From: Blastocystis sp. Blastoise | Taxonomy: Eukaryota > Protista > Bigyra: Opalinata | Assembly: GCA_039096225.1 (NCBI GenBank) | Contig: JBBPEB010000013.1 | Location: 372,001-436,000, forward strand | Length of the DNA stretch: 64,000 nucleotides | Reading direction: 5' to 3' | Part shown: piece by piece, positions 1 to 12,994 of the stretch | How the letters are laid out: each line of letters starts with the position of its first letter | How positions within the stretch are numbered: position 1 is the first letter of the stretch | Position numbers and translations under genes: made by a program | The notes under the pieces: model-generated | The model's database searches: none | What the model was told of the DNA's origin: nothing | What the model saw: the letters and a program-made list of their open reading frames with translations, nothing else

Positions 1-443
1 TTTGCAACAGTAGCAGAATCAGGATTTCTGAATTGTGTATTTACATTACTTTGATTACTAGAGTTCGTTGTTTCTGTATATTGATTAGTATTAATGTCAT
101 AATTAGAAGATATATTTGTATGAGGATTTGTATTAGAAGGATATGAATCAACATATTGATTTGATGCACTAGTATCTGGATATAAGTTTTGTCCATTATT
201 TGTATACGCATTTCCCTGTGAAGTTTGATAAGAGTTATCAGCATCATTTGAAATTGCAGAAGGATAATTAGCGTCAGTATAATTTGTATCACCATTATGT
301 GCAAAATTAGCATTGGGATCATTTTGTATACCCATTTTATCGTCATTATTTACTCCATTAGTTTCTTCTGGATAAGAGTTCCAGTCAGGATATCGTTGAC
401 CGTCTCCAACTTGAGGATCTTGATTAGGATTCATCTCAGTCAT
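1..443 (-). CDS. 5' part of an unknown protein with an N/D/S/T-rich low-complexity N-terminus; runs off the window
   Basis: ATG at 443 (MTEMNPNQDPQVGDGQRYPDWNSYPEE...) stays open to base 1 with A/T-ending codons. This is a different frame from the track ORFs here. Confidence 0.75.
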   Translation of the reverse strand, partial: MTEMNPNQDPQVGDGQRYPDWNSYPEETNGVNNDDKMGIQNDPNANFAHNGDTNYTDANYPSAISNDADNSYQTSQGNAYTNNGQNLYPDTSASNQYVDSYPSNTNPHTNISSNYDINTNQYTETTNSSNQSNVNTQFRNPDSATVA

Positions 444-695
444 GTCTTACAAATAGTTAACAAACACAAAATATATATACCAAAATTATGTTTAGTGTAA
501 TTCAAAGTCAAACAAGGACCAAATAATTTATTTCTTTCTTAATAGGATAAAAGTCTTTTATAGAATATCCAATAGTATATTATATTTTATTTTTAACGAT
601 ATTTAATTGGATTCTTTTCATAAAAAAAAACCATTTCAAGAATAAATGAAAAAATTTGTTCTTCTTCTTGAGATATTCACGATTATTTAAAAATA

Positions 696-746
696 GAGAT
701 AAATCAGCCTATACAGTAGAATTGTTAAAAAGTCAGACAATACAGT
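696..746 (+). repeat. Left terminal inverted repeat of the MULE
   Basis: GAGATAAATCAGCCTATACAGTAGAATTGTTAAAAAGTCAGACAATACAGT is the exact reverse complement of 12944-12994. It starts GAGATAA like maize Mu and has ATACAGT twice, 29 bp apart. Confidence 0.97.
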
Positions 747-905
747 CGTTTCCAGAGGGTCCTATGACCCGCGGTATTTTTAACATAATGGCGACTAGAA
801 TATAATACAAATATGTTGTAAAATTCCCAGTCAAGAAACTATATGTGTTTTCTACTAATAATTAATTTTTGCCATATTCGACCTATTTGTTTAAATTTGA
901 CTTAA

Positions 906-3900
906 ATGGATAGACGGGATATTGACAGAATAGATAAGGAAGTGGAAAATGAGGATTTTACTCAATATGTTCAACACATTCCTTCCGTCATACAAGTATT
1001 TTACACATATATAAATATTTTAATATCTAGAGACGTCCTGATAAGGATTCAAGAGTGAATCCGTTAACAAAAACAACTTTTAGCATGTTTAAAAACATTG
1101 ACCAAAATCAGATTGCCTCTTTGATTGAAGAAAACAGTTTTAATGGGTTTTTCAGAGATTATACAAACTACCTATGCATTATCTATAGGAATTTTCTAAT
1201 ATCGTTACTTTTCAACATTCGCCCTGAATTTGGGTCAAGAGAAGAGATTGAGGTTTTTTTAAGATTATCTGCATATAGTAATGGCTATTCTATGATGATT
1301 CAAAGAAGTTCAAAACAATATGTCAAATACAAATGTCCCATCATGGAATGCAATTACATAATTCAATACAACTTTAAAGATGGAAAATATCACTTAACAC
1401 ACTTCCATCAACATGATACAGATGTATAAATATATATAATTACAATATTTATTATATTTTACATTAAAATAATATTTTCTATATATACTATCAATTCTCT
1501 TATTAATAAAAACTATATTTTTATATATTAACTATTTTATTTATTTAGAAATGTTCGAAATTTACTTCTCACTATATAGAACTTATGAAGGAAAATAGAA
1601 TAAAACAATCTGTTTGTGACTATTATCAAAAACAAATTAATATAACAACTAATAATATACCTATTAATAATGATAATAAAGAAATACCTAATAATAATAA
1701 TGAACAAGATAGAAATACTATTATAGATATAGCTGGTCTTCAACTATTAGAAAAGGAATTAGTTTCTAATCAAATTAAAGAAAATAATAATCATGAAGTG
1801 AATATTGATGAATCATTACAATATGAAGAAAGAATAGATGATACTCCTTTAACTGAAATAGAAACTGAAATAATTCAGAAAAAAGATCTTATACTTGAGA
1901 AAAGAGTTTATATGAGTTCTGAAATGGATTTATTATTATATGAGATGCAAAAAAATAATGAAAAAAGAATAAATAATCAAACATTCCCTGATATGTATAT
2001 AGATGATATATTAGAAGAAGAAGAAGAAGAAGAAGTAATAGAAAAAGAAAAAGAAAATGATTATGAAAATGAGAAAGAAAATGAGGAAGAAAGTGATATT
2101 GATATAAACAATAATAGTCAAGATGATGAAGTATTAATGAATGGGTTTAAAGACAAGGTTAATAATATAACAACTCCTGTACGATCTGTTTCATTGGAAT
2201 ACTTTGAGAATGTTATTAGTCAAAGTAAAGATAAACCTAATATTAGTTATATTAATACAAACTTTAGATTATTATTTAGAAGTCCATTAAATAGTACATT
2301 TGTATATAATTATTTATTATGTCATGAAAAATATAAAGGAATGATATCTAAAGATATTATTAATGAACTACATTCATTGTTTCCTTCAATTAATCGACAT
2401 ATAATATATTGTTCTACAACGAGGTTTCTTCTAAATGATGATATATCATATTCTTATATACCTCTGATAATAAAACAGCTCAATACTAGTAATTCAAATA
2501 ATAGAGCCTTTTATATGTTATATAATGGAAAAACAGTCAATAATAAAATTGATTTTAATACTGTTGATTATACTGATGATATTATAGATGAAAATAATAA
2601 TAATAAATCATTATTATGTTGTTGTACCTTAATTGGTGAAAATATTAAATTATTAAATTATTCTCCTCCTGTTATTTTCCTAGATGGAACGTTTATGGGT
2701 CTTGGAAGTACTGTTACTTTAGTTATAACAGGTAATATATATATATTATTATTACTATTTCTATTACTATTACTATTACTATTACTATTACTATTATTAT
2801 TACTATTACTATTACTATTACTATTACTATTACTATTACTATTACTATTACTATTACTATTACTATTATTATTACTATTACTATTACTATTACTATTACT
2901 ATTACTATTACTATTACTATTACTATTACTATTACTCTTTATAGCTGTTAATATCAATCATGAATCCATATGTCTTGGTTTTGGATTCTTTCCATCTGAA
3001 AGTGAAGAAGCTTGGGTTACTTTATTATCTTCATTAAAGAAGGTTTTAATGAGTCAATATGGTAATCAAACATTTACTATTGTTTCTGACCAAGCTAAGG
3101 GGATCAAGTCGGCAGTTCAAAAGGTATTTCCTGACTATCCCCATATTCTCTGTTTCTTCCATTTATTACAAGATCATCTTCGAGTCGACTTACGTACAAA
3201 ACAATATATTATAGATAGTTATAAAGCTTCTACTTTTGAAGAAGCAAAAGAAAAAGCAGAAAAGATTATAGATGAAGATCTTAGATGTCAAGTTCTTGAA
3301 GTTTGGGAAAAGAATAATAAAAGTTTACAAAAGTATGATTCAATTTGTAAATGGTATATTTCCTCAAGTGTAGCTGAAAGCTACAATAGAGTATTAAAAC
3401 GTTTTAGAAATATTCCTATTCATAAAATGTTTCTATGTATCTATAACTATAGTATTACAAAACAGATTAATATAAAAACTAGTATTCCTATTGATAATGT
3501 TTTCTTACCTTGTTTTGATAATATATATAATAGAATCAAGAATAAGAAGTATTATATAAAAGAAAAGAAAGATGGAGTTTCTGCTGTTGTAAATGATGGT
3601 GTTAGCTATATAGTAAATTTAGAAAAGCAAACATGTGAATGTAAGGAATACCAAAACAAACACACTCCCTGTAAACATGCTATAATCTTCCTTCGGTACT
3701 TAATAGAAAAGGGAAATAATAATACTGATATTATTCCACGAGTATTAAGAAATGTGAATAATCAAATTTATAGAAATCAATATCAAAACTATGATGGAGA
3801 GTATATATTTATATGTATATAATGATATATATAGTATATAGATAGTATATAGATAGTATATAGATAGTATATATATATTATATGGATAGAATATAGATAG

Positions 3901-5994
3901 TATATAGATAGTATATATAGTATATGTAGTATATATATATATACTATATAGATAGTATATATAGTATAGATAGTATATAGATAATAGTAGAATAGTATAA
4001 ATATATATCCTATAGATTCTATATACTTTCTATATTCTATCTATATTCTATCTATATAATATCTATATTCTATCTATATTCTATCTATATACTATCTATA
4101 TTCTATCTATATAATATCTATATAGTATATATATACTATATATATACTATCTATATACTATCTATATACTATCTATATTCTATCTATATAATATCTATAT
4201 AATATCTATATACTATCTATATTCTATCTATATAATATCTATATTCTATCTATATACTATCTATATACTATCTATATTCTATCTATATTCTGCTATCTAC
4301 TATCTATATACTATCTATATACTATCTATATTCTATCTATATAATATCTATATATTATCTATATTCTATCTATATAATATCTAAATTCTATCTATATACT
4401 ATCTATATTCTATCCATATAATATCTATATAGTATATATATACTATCTATATACTATCTATCTACTATCTATCTACTATCTATATTCTATCCATATAATA
4501 TCTATCTACTATCTATATATTATCTATATAATATCTATATTCTATCTATATGTATACTATATTCTATCTATATATTATCTATATACTATCTATATACTAT
4601 CTATATACTATCTATATACTATCTATATACTATCTATATATTACCTATATACTATCTATATACTATCTATATTCTATCCATATACTATCTATGTTTTATC
4701 TATATATACTATCTATATACTATCTATATACTATCTATATTCTATCTATCTACTATCTATATACTATCCATATGTATACTATATACTATCTATATATTAT
4801 CTTTATATTATCTATATACTATCCATATACTATCTATATACTATCTATATATTACCTATATACTACCTATATACTATCTATATACTATCTATATTCTATC
4901 TATATACTATCTATATACTATCTATCTACTATCTATATACTATCTATATACTATCTATCTACTATCTATATACTATCTATATACTATCTATCTACTATCT
5001 ATATACTATCTATCTACTATCTATATTCTATCTATATAATATCTATCTACTATCTATCTACTATCTATATTCTATCTATATTTTATTTATATACTATCTA
5101 TATACTATCTATATACTATCTATATGTATACTATATACTATCCATATACTATCTATATATTATCTATATACTATCTATACATTACCTATATTCTATCTAT
5201 ATACTATCTATATATTATCTATATACTATCTATATACTATCTATATTCTATCTATATACTATCTATATACTATCTATATATTATCTATATTCTATCTATA
5301 TAATATCTATCTACTATCTATCTACTATCTATATTCTATCTATATTTTATTTATATACTATCTATATACTATCTATATACTATCTATATGTATACTATAT
5401 ACTATCTATATACTATCTATATATTATCTATATACTATCTATACATTACCTATATTCTATCTATATACTATCTATATTCTATCTCTATACTATCTATATA
5501 CTATCTATATATTATCTATATTCTATCTATATTTTATCTATATACTATCTATATACTATCTATATATTATTCATATACTATCTATATACTATCTATATAA
5601 TATCTCTATAATATTTATATTCTATCTATATACTATCTATATTCTATCTATATACTATCTATATTCTATCTCTATACCATCTATATACTATCTATATATT
5701 ATAATTCTTAATAGTATTCTATTTCTATAAATAAATAAATCAATATATATTCTTATTATAATTATTAAAAAAATATATATGATATATACTTTATATAGGT
5801 TGATTCCATCTACTATACTTGATGAAATACCAAAAGTTCAAATATTGAAACCAGCTTATGCAATGAAGAAAAGAGGGAAACCAGTTGTAAATAGAAGAAA
5901 GAGAAAGGCTGAGACCAATATGGAGAAGAAGAGAAAGAGAATCCCTTATGTGAAGAGAAGTATCCCATTTGAAGACAGAATCGATCTTTTATAA
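906..5994 (+). CDS. MULE (MuDR-type) DDE transposase, ~905 aa, 5 exons: 906-995, 1031-1423, 1549-2731, 2945-3800, 5799-5994
   Basis: GT-AG joins keep frame (2718 nt in total). WRKY-GCM1-like finger CPIMEC..HQH; catalytic motifs IFLDGTF, IVSDQAKG, CFFH, VAESYN; SWIM CECKEYQNKHTPCKH; basic KKRGKP tail. Confidence 0.93.
3829..5700. repeat. 11-bp minisatellite (TATACTATCTA)n filling transposase intron 4, with an inverted block at its 5' end
   Basis: ~3829-3995 reads (TAGATAGTATA)n and ~4020-5700 reads (TATACTATCTA)n. Confidence 0.9.
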
Positions 5995-6184
5995 TCATAT
6001 TATACTAAATAATCATCATATATAATTATATCTTTATTTATTAATATACAATTTATTCTTTATATGATTAATATCCTTATTTATCTATCATCTATATATA
6101 TACTAATATAAATAAATATTTTATATCTATCTACATATATATATATACATTATTTATATCTTCTTTTTATAATACTCATTGTTT

Positions 6185-6192
6185 TGTTTGTT
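6185..6192 (+). terminator. TGTTTGTT Blastocystis-type polyadenylation motif for the transposase mRNA
   Basis: Lies ~190 nt after the stop. The same motif follows WDR12 (~15146), TMA7 (~15885), VPS4 (~18839), CENP-O (~29840) and Myb (~43213). Confidence 0.55.
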
Positions 6193-7976
6193 TATACTGT
6201 ATCAATATCATCTATATATCTATAATCAATATAAATACAATTTAAATATAAAATAGTATATACAATATAGTTAAAAACAATATAAATACATAAGTATAAT
6301 ATATAATATATATTATATATACTCAAAATATATATTCATTTATATCATCATTAAGAAACATTGAATAATTAAAAGACATATATCAAAACTTCATTATGAG
6401 GCCTTTTCGAAGTAAAACACATTACATAATCACCTTTACACATACACAATTAATGGAATCATTCTATAAAAATGTATTAGATTCAGAATAGTATTGATAT
6501 ATTTACATATATATAATGATATACAATAGTATAATATAGATAATAATGAACTAAGATTAAGATAAGATACAAATTATATGATTATATATAAATACCTTTA
6601 TTCCTCTATTATATTGATCATTTTGTATTAGTAGCACAGTTTAATCATCATTGAAACAGAGAAAACCATCTTTCGAAGACCTTTTCTTTTGAAATCAATT
6701 GAAGATTACCATAAAGACTATCCTAAAGACTACAACCAGTGTTTGAATAAGTGTTTCTAATCAGTTTAATGAAGGAATGTTCAATCCAGAATAAGTAAAA
6801 CACCCGCCACTTAATCATTGCTTCAATAACACTTTGTTTTGATTTAATAAGTAAGTTGATTAGATTTCTACATTGAATCGCAATACCAACTTTGAAAATA
6901 AGTAAGTCTATACTTTAATCCATTGGCAATGGTGACTTTGACCTACTCTAATACACTTATAATAGCTTTATAAATGCTTATGCATGCTTCAAACATGCAA
7001 ATAACAAAATATTTATATTTTTATACCATTTCCCTAACTTTACTTAAAAAAACATTAGTAAATTTTGATTAAATGTTATTTATCTATTCAAAATACCTTT
7101 ATTAATTATTATTAATTATTTGTTACTTATTTACTGCTCTCTAAGCTATGTATTGATCGTTACGCTACTTTTTATATCAAAACTAGGTGGTTTAATGGAT
7201 TGATGTTATGTTCATATTTGATTTTATTGTAAATTATGTTATGAATGGTATTCTTAGCTCAAATAATCTTCACACAGATGATAGATGTTCTATATTATGA
7301 AGGTGATATTTTTGTCAATTATCTTATTTTATGAAATTACAAGCTTTATCTGTTGATCAACTGATCAGTAATACTGAATGAAGCTCAAAAATATGTAGTA
7401 ATCTCTTTTTAGGCATGTAATTAGTAGTTTTTAAAATTCGTCGTGAGAGAAGAAGCTAATTCTATTTATTTTTGAAGTTATGAGTAGCAAAACCTATTTG
7501 AATGTTATACAGTGAACGATTAGAATCCTATTTTGAATTTAATGGTGATGATCAGTATTATAGACCTTATAAAAGCAATAGAAACTAAATCACAAAGGTT
7601 AAAATTGGATATAAATATGTTTTAGATTTGAATTAACTACCTTAATTCATTTTAAGTTAATATTCTTAAATGCATGTCCAGTTGATTCACTTTAAGAAGT
7701 CTATTCAGAATCTTAATGTTTTATTGATGCTTAGAATTGTATATAATGATGAATCAATGAAATATAGTTTATATAGAAAATAATTGATGCATCTAATTAG
7801 CAATGTGTTGTGTGTTGGGAAAAGCAAAATAAAAACATTATAGGAGAGCGACTGACCATATACATAGTTGATTAAATATCTCAATGTACTATATATCTGT
7901 ATAATGGAAGAGTAAACGAATATAATATATATAAATAAAAATATTTAAAAATATTTAAAAAAATAACAATAAATGA

Positions 7977-8044
7977 CATTAGATCAGGAATTGAACCTGA
8001 TAGCAATTCAATAATAATTGCTACTGACCATAAACAGTCTAAGG
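7977..8044 (-). ncRNA. Non-canonical tRNA-like cloverleaf RNA inside the MULE, probably Pol III
   Basis: Minus strand reads CCTTAGA CTG-TTTATGGT-CAG TAGCAATT-ATTATTG-AATTGCTA TCAGG-TTCAATT-CCTGA TCTAATG. Perfect B box GGTTCAATTCC; T7 run 13 nt downstream. Confidence 0.7.
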
Positions 8045-8099
8045 AGTGTTAAAACTATTGATATAATCAATAAAAACAAAATCTTAAAGAAAAACATAT

Positions 8100-11000
8100 A
8101 AACAATATATAAATTTTTATGTATATAACTATTAGTATAATAGTTTTCACATAATTTATACTATATTGTTAATGAATATCCATAATGATTTCTTATATTT
8201 GTAGAACAAGTGGAGTAAACACTAAATAAATAAATATTTTATAGCGAAATAAAATAGAAAATATGTACAGTCGTATAAATAGTATAAAAGATGTAGACAA
8301 TAAAGATTATAAATAATTTATATAGAATAATAAAAGCGTATAAAGATATAAATAAAGGACAGAGAGAATAAATAAGCATTAATATAAGTATATATTAGAT
8401 ATAATGAATAAAATAATAAAATATAATTGTACAAAAATTATATATGTATAGATCTATATACATATTTTAATTGTAGATGTTTTCTAATAAATGAAGACTA
8501 TATATACTGTGTATATAATATAAAAAGATAATAAGTTACAAATAGTTAAAAATGATGGACTATAGAGAATATTGAAGATAATATACATATAGATATGATA
8601 TATATTAGTATATATAAGTATATATATATTAATATAAACTTATATACTAGTATATATATAAGTATATATACAAGTACATATTAACATATAATTATCTTTA
8701 TATATAAGTATTTATATATATATACTTATATATATATACTAAAAATCTTCTTATAAAGAGTAATATAGGATGATAAGGAGATTGATCACCAACAGTTGAA
8801 AAAAGATCAAGTACTGTATTCATGATTAGAAGCATATAAAAGGATATATATATATATGAATTCTCTATAAAAGATATATAATAGTATAAGAAGGAAAGGG
8901 ATATAAAATATGAGTATACTAAAGAATTAAATTTATATATATATACAGATAAGGAATGATAGATGCATATGATATACTAGAATTCAGAAGAGACTATATA
9001 CTAAAACAACTATAGTATATATATTATATTTAATGAAATAATAATATAATTGGAGATAGAAAAAGAAAAACAGTTTAAAGAAATTAAATATATAAAATAT
9101 CAAATAGTGTAGAAAACTATATATATATATTTATATACATAAAGAAATCTCATATGCATTAGTAGAAATATAATTTGCAGAAACCTATATAAAAGAATAT
9201 ACACGAATAGGATAAGTTATATATAAAACAATAGAATAAGTATATAATATATAATACTATTTACTCATAGAGCAACATAAACCTATATATATATATAATA
9301 AGTATAACGAATAATATAATGAAAATATAAAGTATTATAGACTTCAACGAAACTTTTATGCCATTGAAACCAGGAAGATATATAAAAGGCTATCGACTTA
9401 TTACTATATATATAGAATAGAATTAAATATATATAAACATATATTACTTATAAAGTTATGAAATACAAAACAGTAAAAAAGATATCTATAAATATATTGT
9501 ACTAAATCTAGAAACCAAAATGATTTATAAAGAAAAAGAACGAAGGAAATATATATCATATATATATCATATATATATCAGTAATTGTATATAATATAAA
9601 AAGAAGTCATATAAGAAACAAGAGTTAATAACGTATAAAAATAGATTCGATGACTTAAAACAATATATATATATATAATAATAATAATTATTATTATATA
9701 TATATATACTTTTATTTATTGAGTTATACAAGTCATATATATTATAAGTACGCTATCTTATTGATCTATATACATCTTACACAATATATGCATAATGGAG
9801 AAGGTTAATCATGGACACGTATAACTATATATATAATAAGCATTATATATTATATATATAATAAGCATTATATATAATATATTTAATAAGTGTATTATAT
9901 AATAAGTATATATATAGTCTTATATATAATAAGTATAATATATAATAATAAGTATATGTATATAATAAGTATATGTATATAATAAACAAATTATATAATA
10001 AGAAAATAATATAATAAGCATATTTATAATGACTATATATATAATAAGCATTAATAAACAATATAAATAATATTTATATACATGGCAAATATATAGACAT
10101 ATTTGTAAAAAACCATATATAGAGGAATGTAAACGAAGAAAAGCTAATAATATCTATATAATAATATATATAATAATAACTATATAATAACTATATATAA
10201 TAATAACTATATAATAATATATATAATAATAACTATATAATAATATATATAATAATAACTATATAAAATATATATAATAATAACTATATAAAATATATAT
10301 AATAATAACTATATATAATAAATATATATAATAATAACTATATATAACAACTATATATAATAATAACTATATAACAACTATATATAATAAATACATATAA
10401 CAAATACATATATTAATATATAACAACTATATATAATAAATATATATAACAACTATATATAATAACAACTATATATAATAAATCTAATAACAACTATATA
10501 TAATAACAGCTATATATAATAACAACTATATATAATAATAAATATACATAAAAATATACATATAACAACTATATATAATAACAGTTATATATAATAACAG
10601 CTATATATAATAACAGCTATATATAATAACAACTATATATATAAATATATAATAACAGTTATACATAATAAATCTAATAACAACTATATATAATGAATAT
10701 ATAATAACAACTATATATAATAACAGTTATATATAATAATAACTATATATATAAATATATAATAACAACTTTATATAATAACAACTATATATAATAATAA
10801 ATATATAATTATACAACGAATATACAAAACATATGTAATAATAACTATATATATTAAATATATATATATATCAACATATATATTTACATAAAAGCTATGT
10901 ACATAACAAGTCTATAGTATAAATACCAATTATATACGATACTACATACTTTTAAGATACCCAACAAAAATAATAATAACACCATAAATAATATACCTAT

Positions 11001-12889
11001 AAAAAATAAATATAGTATATATAAAACATAAAAATATGCATACATATATATATATAGTAAATAATGATAATAAATATATACAAGTTGAACATATTTACAT
11101 CAAGAAAAGCAAAATAATTTTATGAATCCAACAGGTAATAAAGTATATCCTAAAATATGAGTATATTTGACTATTTGTAATAAAAAGTCTATATATATAT
11201 ATATCGATTATTAAATAAATACAAGTTATAGAGTTATATATATACTATAAGAAAAGTATAAAAAATTGAATATAAAACAAGATAAATAGATAGAATAATA
11301 TACATACATAATATAATATTATGAATGAACAAGCTAGAAGATAACTTTATTAATAATAGAGATAGAACGAGCACATCCTATATACAACAAGACTAGTATA
11401 TATATTATGTAATAAAAATTATATATAACATCATAAAAAGTATATAGGAATATATATATATATATATATAAACTATATACATCAATATAAAGTTGAAAGA
11501 TACACAGTCTCAATAATTCTAGAATATGACATTACTATATATATAAATGATAATAAATATACTAAAAATATTCATATATAAATAGTAATTAATTCATATA
11601 AATTGTCTGAAATAGAAAGTATAATAAGAAAATATATAATATCTATATAATAATATAATATATCATGCATATTTATTTAAAACAAGAATTAGTACATAGA
11701 ATAATATTAATATATAGCATATACAATCATTATAGGATCAATATACATAAAAGAACATATATAATATTATATATATATACAATTATTTTCCCCTGATAGA
11801 AAGAAATAACAAAAATTCATCATTCTATATATATACAATAAATATATAAGTATACATATATATATATAATATATACACATATATCTAAATACACAATATA
11901 TATAAATATACAATATATATAAATATACAATATATATAAATATAATACATACTTCAAATAAACATATAAATGAATTCATTCGATCATTAATACACTTTTT
12001 CTATATATAATAGTAATTAACAATATAATAAAATAATAATATATAGAATAACAATATACATAATAAAACATATATAAATATTATATGTAGTATTAATAAC
12101 AATAATAGACCAGGAAAATATGTTGAAATAATAATTCTATAATATATATATCAAATAATAAGCATATATAACAACAATAAGAATAAATAAATGACAAAAG
12201 AATCATAATATACCTTTTTACTAAAATTTTTATTATTTTTATTTTGAATATATAATCATCCATAACTCTCCAATAACATCAGTTAATCATATAATAATTC
12301 ACATAATAGTACTATACATCATCTAGGACTAAACGATAGTGTTAAATATTAAAAACAATAATAACTCCTGAACATCAATTAACTGCCATTTCTATACAAC
12401 TAGAGAAGATATATTGATAATAATGTTATTATATACTAGTCATACCATAATGGGATTGAACAAGACAAAACAAACCTCTAGATAACTCCACATTCTGTAA
12501 TTGTAATTCTCCATCAATATTTCTTTAATATGGTTTCCTATATACTATTTAGATATAATACATACTTATATAATAATATACATCAATAATATAACCCAAA
12601 GACTATTTTTGACAGCCAAATGTCGACCATTATGATAAAAGTCTAATATGACTTGCTTATTCATCTAACCACTTCAACATAACTATATAAGTTTACATAA
12701 GCAATATCAGACCTATATAAGCATACCTAATTGGCAATCCCCAATTACTTTCACGAACCTCACCTAAATCTACTCTATATATGTCATCATATGTATAATA
12801 AGGCATAATATATATACATACTCAATATTCAATCCATATATATATATATAATACCCCTAGCAGTTATTTAAAATATAAGTTATCCCCAT
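8100..12889 (-). other. Putative second, multi-exon transcription unit of the MULE (lncRNA or decayed gene), convergent with the transposase
   Basis: Regular GTAT...TATAG intron-like segments (12775-12854, 12683-12726, 12538-12581, 12392-12436 and more) alternate with less repetitive exon-like blocks. Sense strand is T-rich as in host genes. No intact ORF could be assembled. Confidence 0.45.
10150..10800. repeat. ~14-bp minisatellite (TATATAATAACAAC)n-like in MULE cargo
   Basis: Tandem variants of ACTATATATAATAA(C/T)A. Confidence 0.85.
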
Positions 12890-12943
12890 AATTATTTTAT
12901 ACACCTAGTCATACTCGGAGACGTTGGGATACTCCCATACCCT

Positions 12944-12994
12944 ACTGTATTGTCTGACTTTTTAACAATTCTACTGTATAGGCTGATTTATCTC
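12944..12994 (-). repeat. Right terminal inverted repeat of the MULE
   Basis: 51/51 match to the left TIR, followed directly by the TSD copy. Confidence 0.97.

Larger units (their letters stand above)
696..12994. mobile_element. Full-length Mutator/MULE DNA transposon (12,299 bp) with transposase and cargo
   Basis: Perfect 51-bp TIRs at 696-746 and 12944-12994, perfect 10-bp TSD TTTAAAAATA at 686-695 and 12995-13004, and an internal MULE DDE transposase. Confidence 0.97.

Noticed and set aside
2658-2957. Poly-SN ORF, and the other poly-L/I/Y/N ORFs across the window
   Set aside because: Intronic (TTA)n/(TTACTA)n microsatellites or antisense frames of real exons.
4550-5611. 353-aa YILSIYYL-repeat ORF
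   Set aside because: Translation of the 11-bp minisatellite inside transposase intron 4.
6071-6078. Other RTATCCTT hits (6071; minus strand ~8847, ~19330, ~30104)
   Set aside because: Outside coding frames and without a clear branch. Several chance matches are expected at this base composition.
7502-7855. FEFNGDD motif suggesting an RdRp relic, or a TAA/TAG-recoded ORF served by the tRNA-like RNA
   Set aside because: Stop density (~7%) is near random, all three stops occur in the extended frame, and RdRp motifs A and B are not convincing. The tRNA-like loop centre is TAT, not a suppressor anticodon.
10150-10800. CRISPR-like array
   Set aside because: Contiguous degenerate tandem units without unique spacers, in a eukaryotic context.
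6200-12900. Fanzor/TnpB or another nuclease as MULE cargo
   Set aside because: No RuvC or zinc-finger motifs and no long ORF found in the frames and splice models tried.
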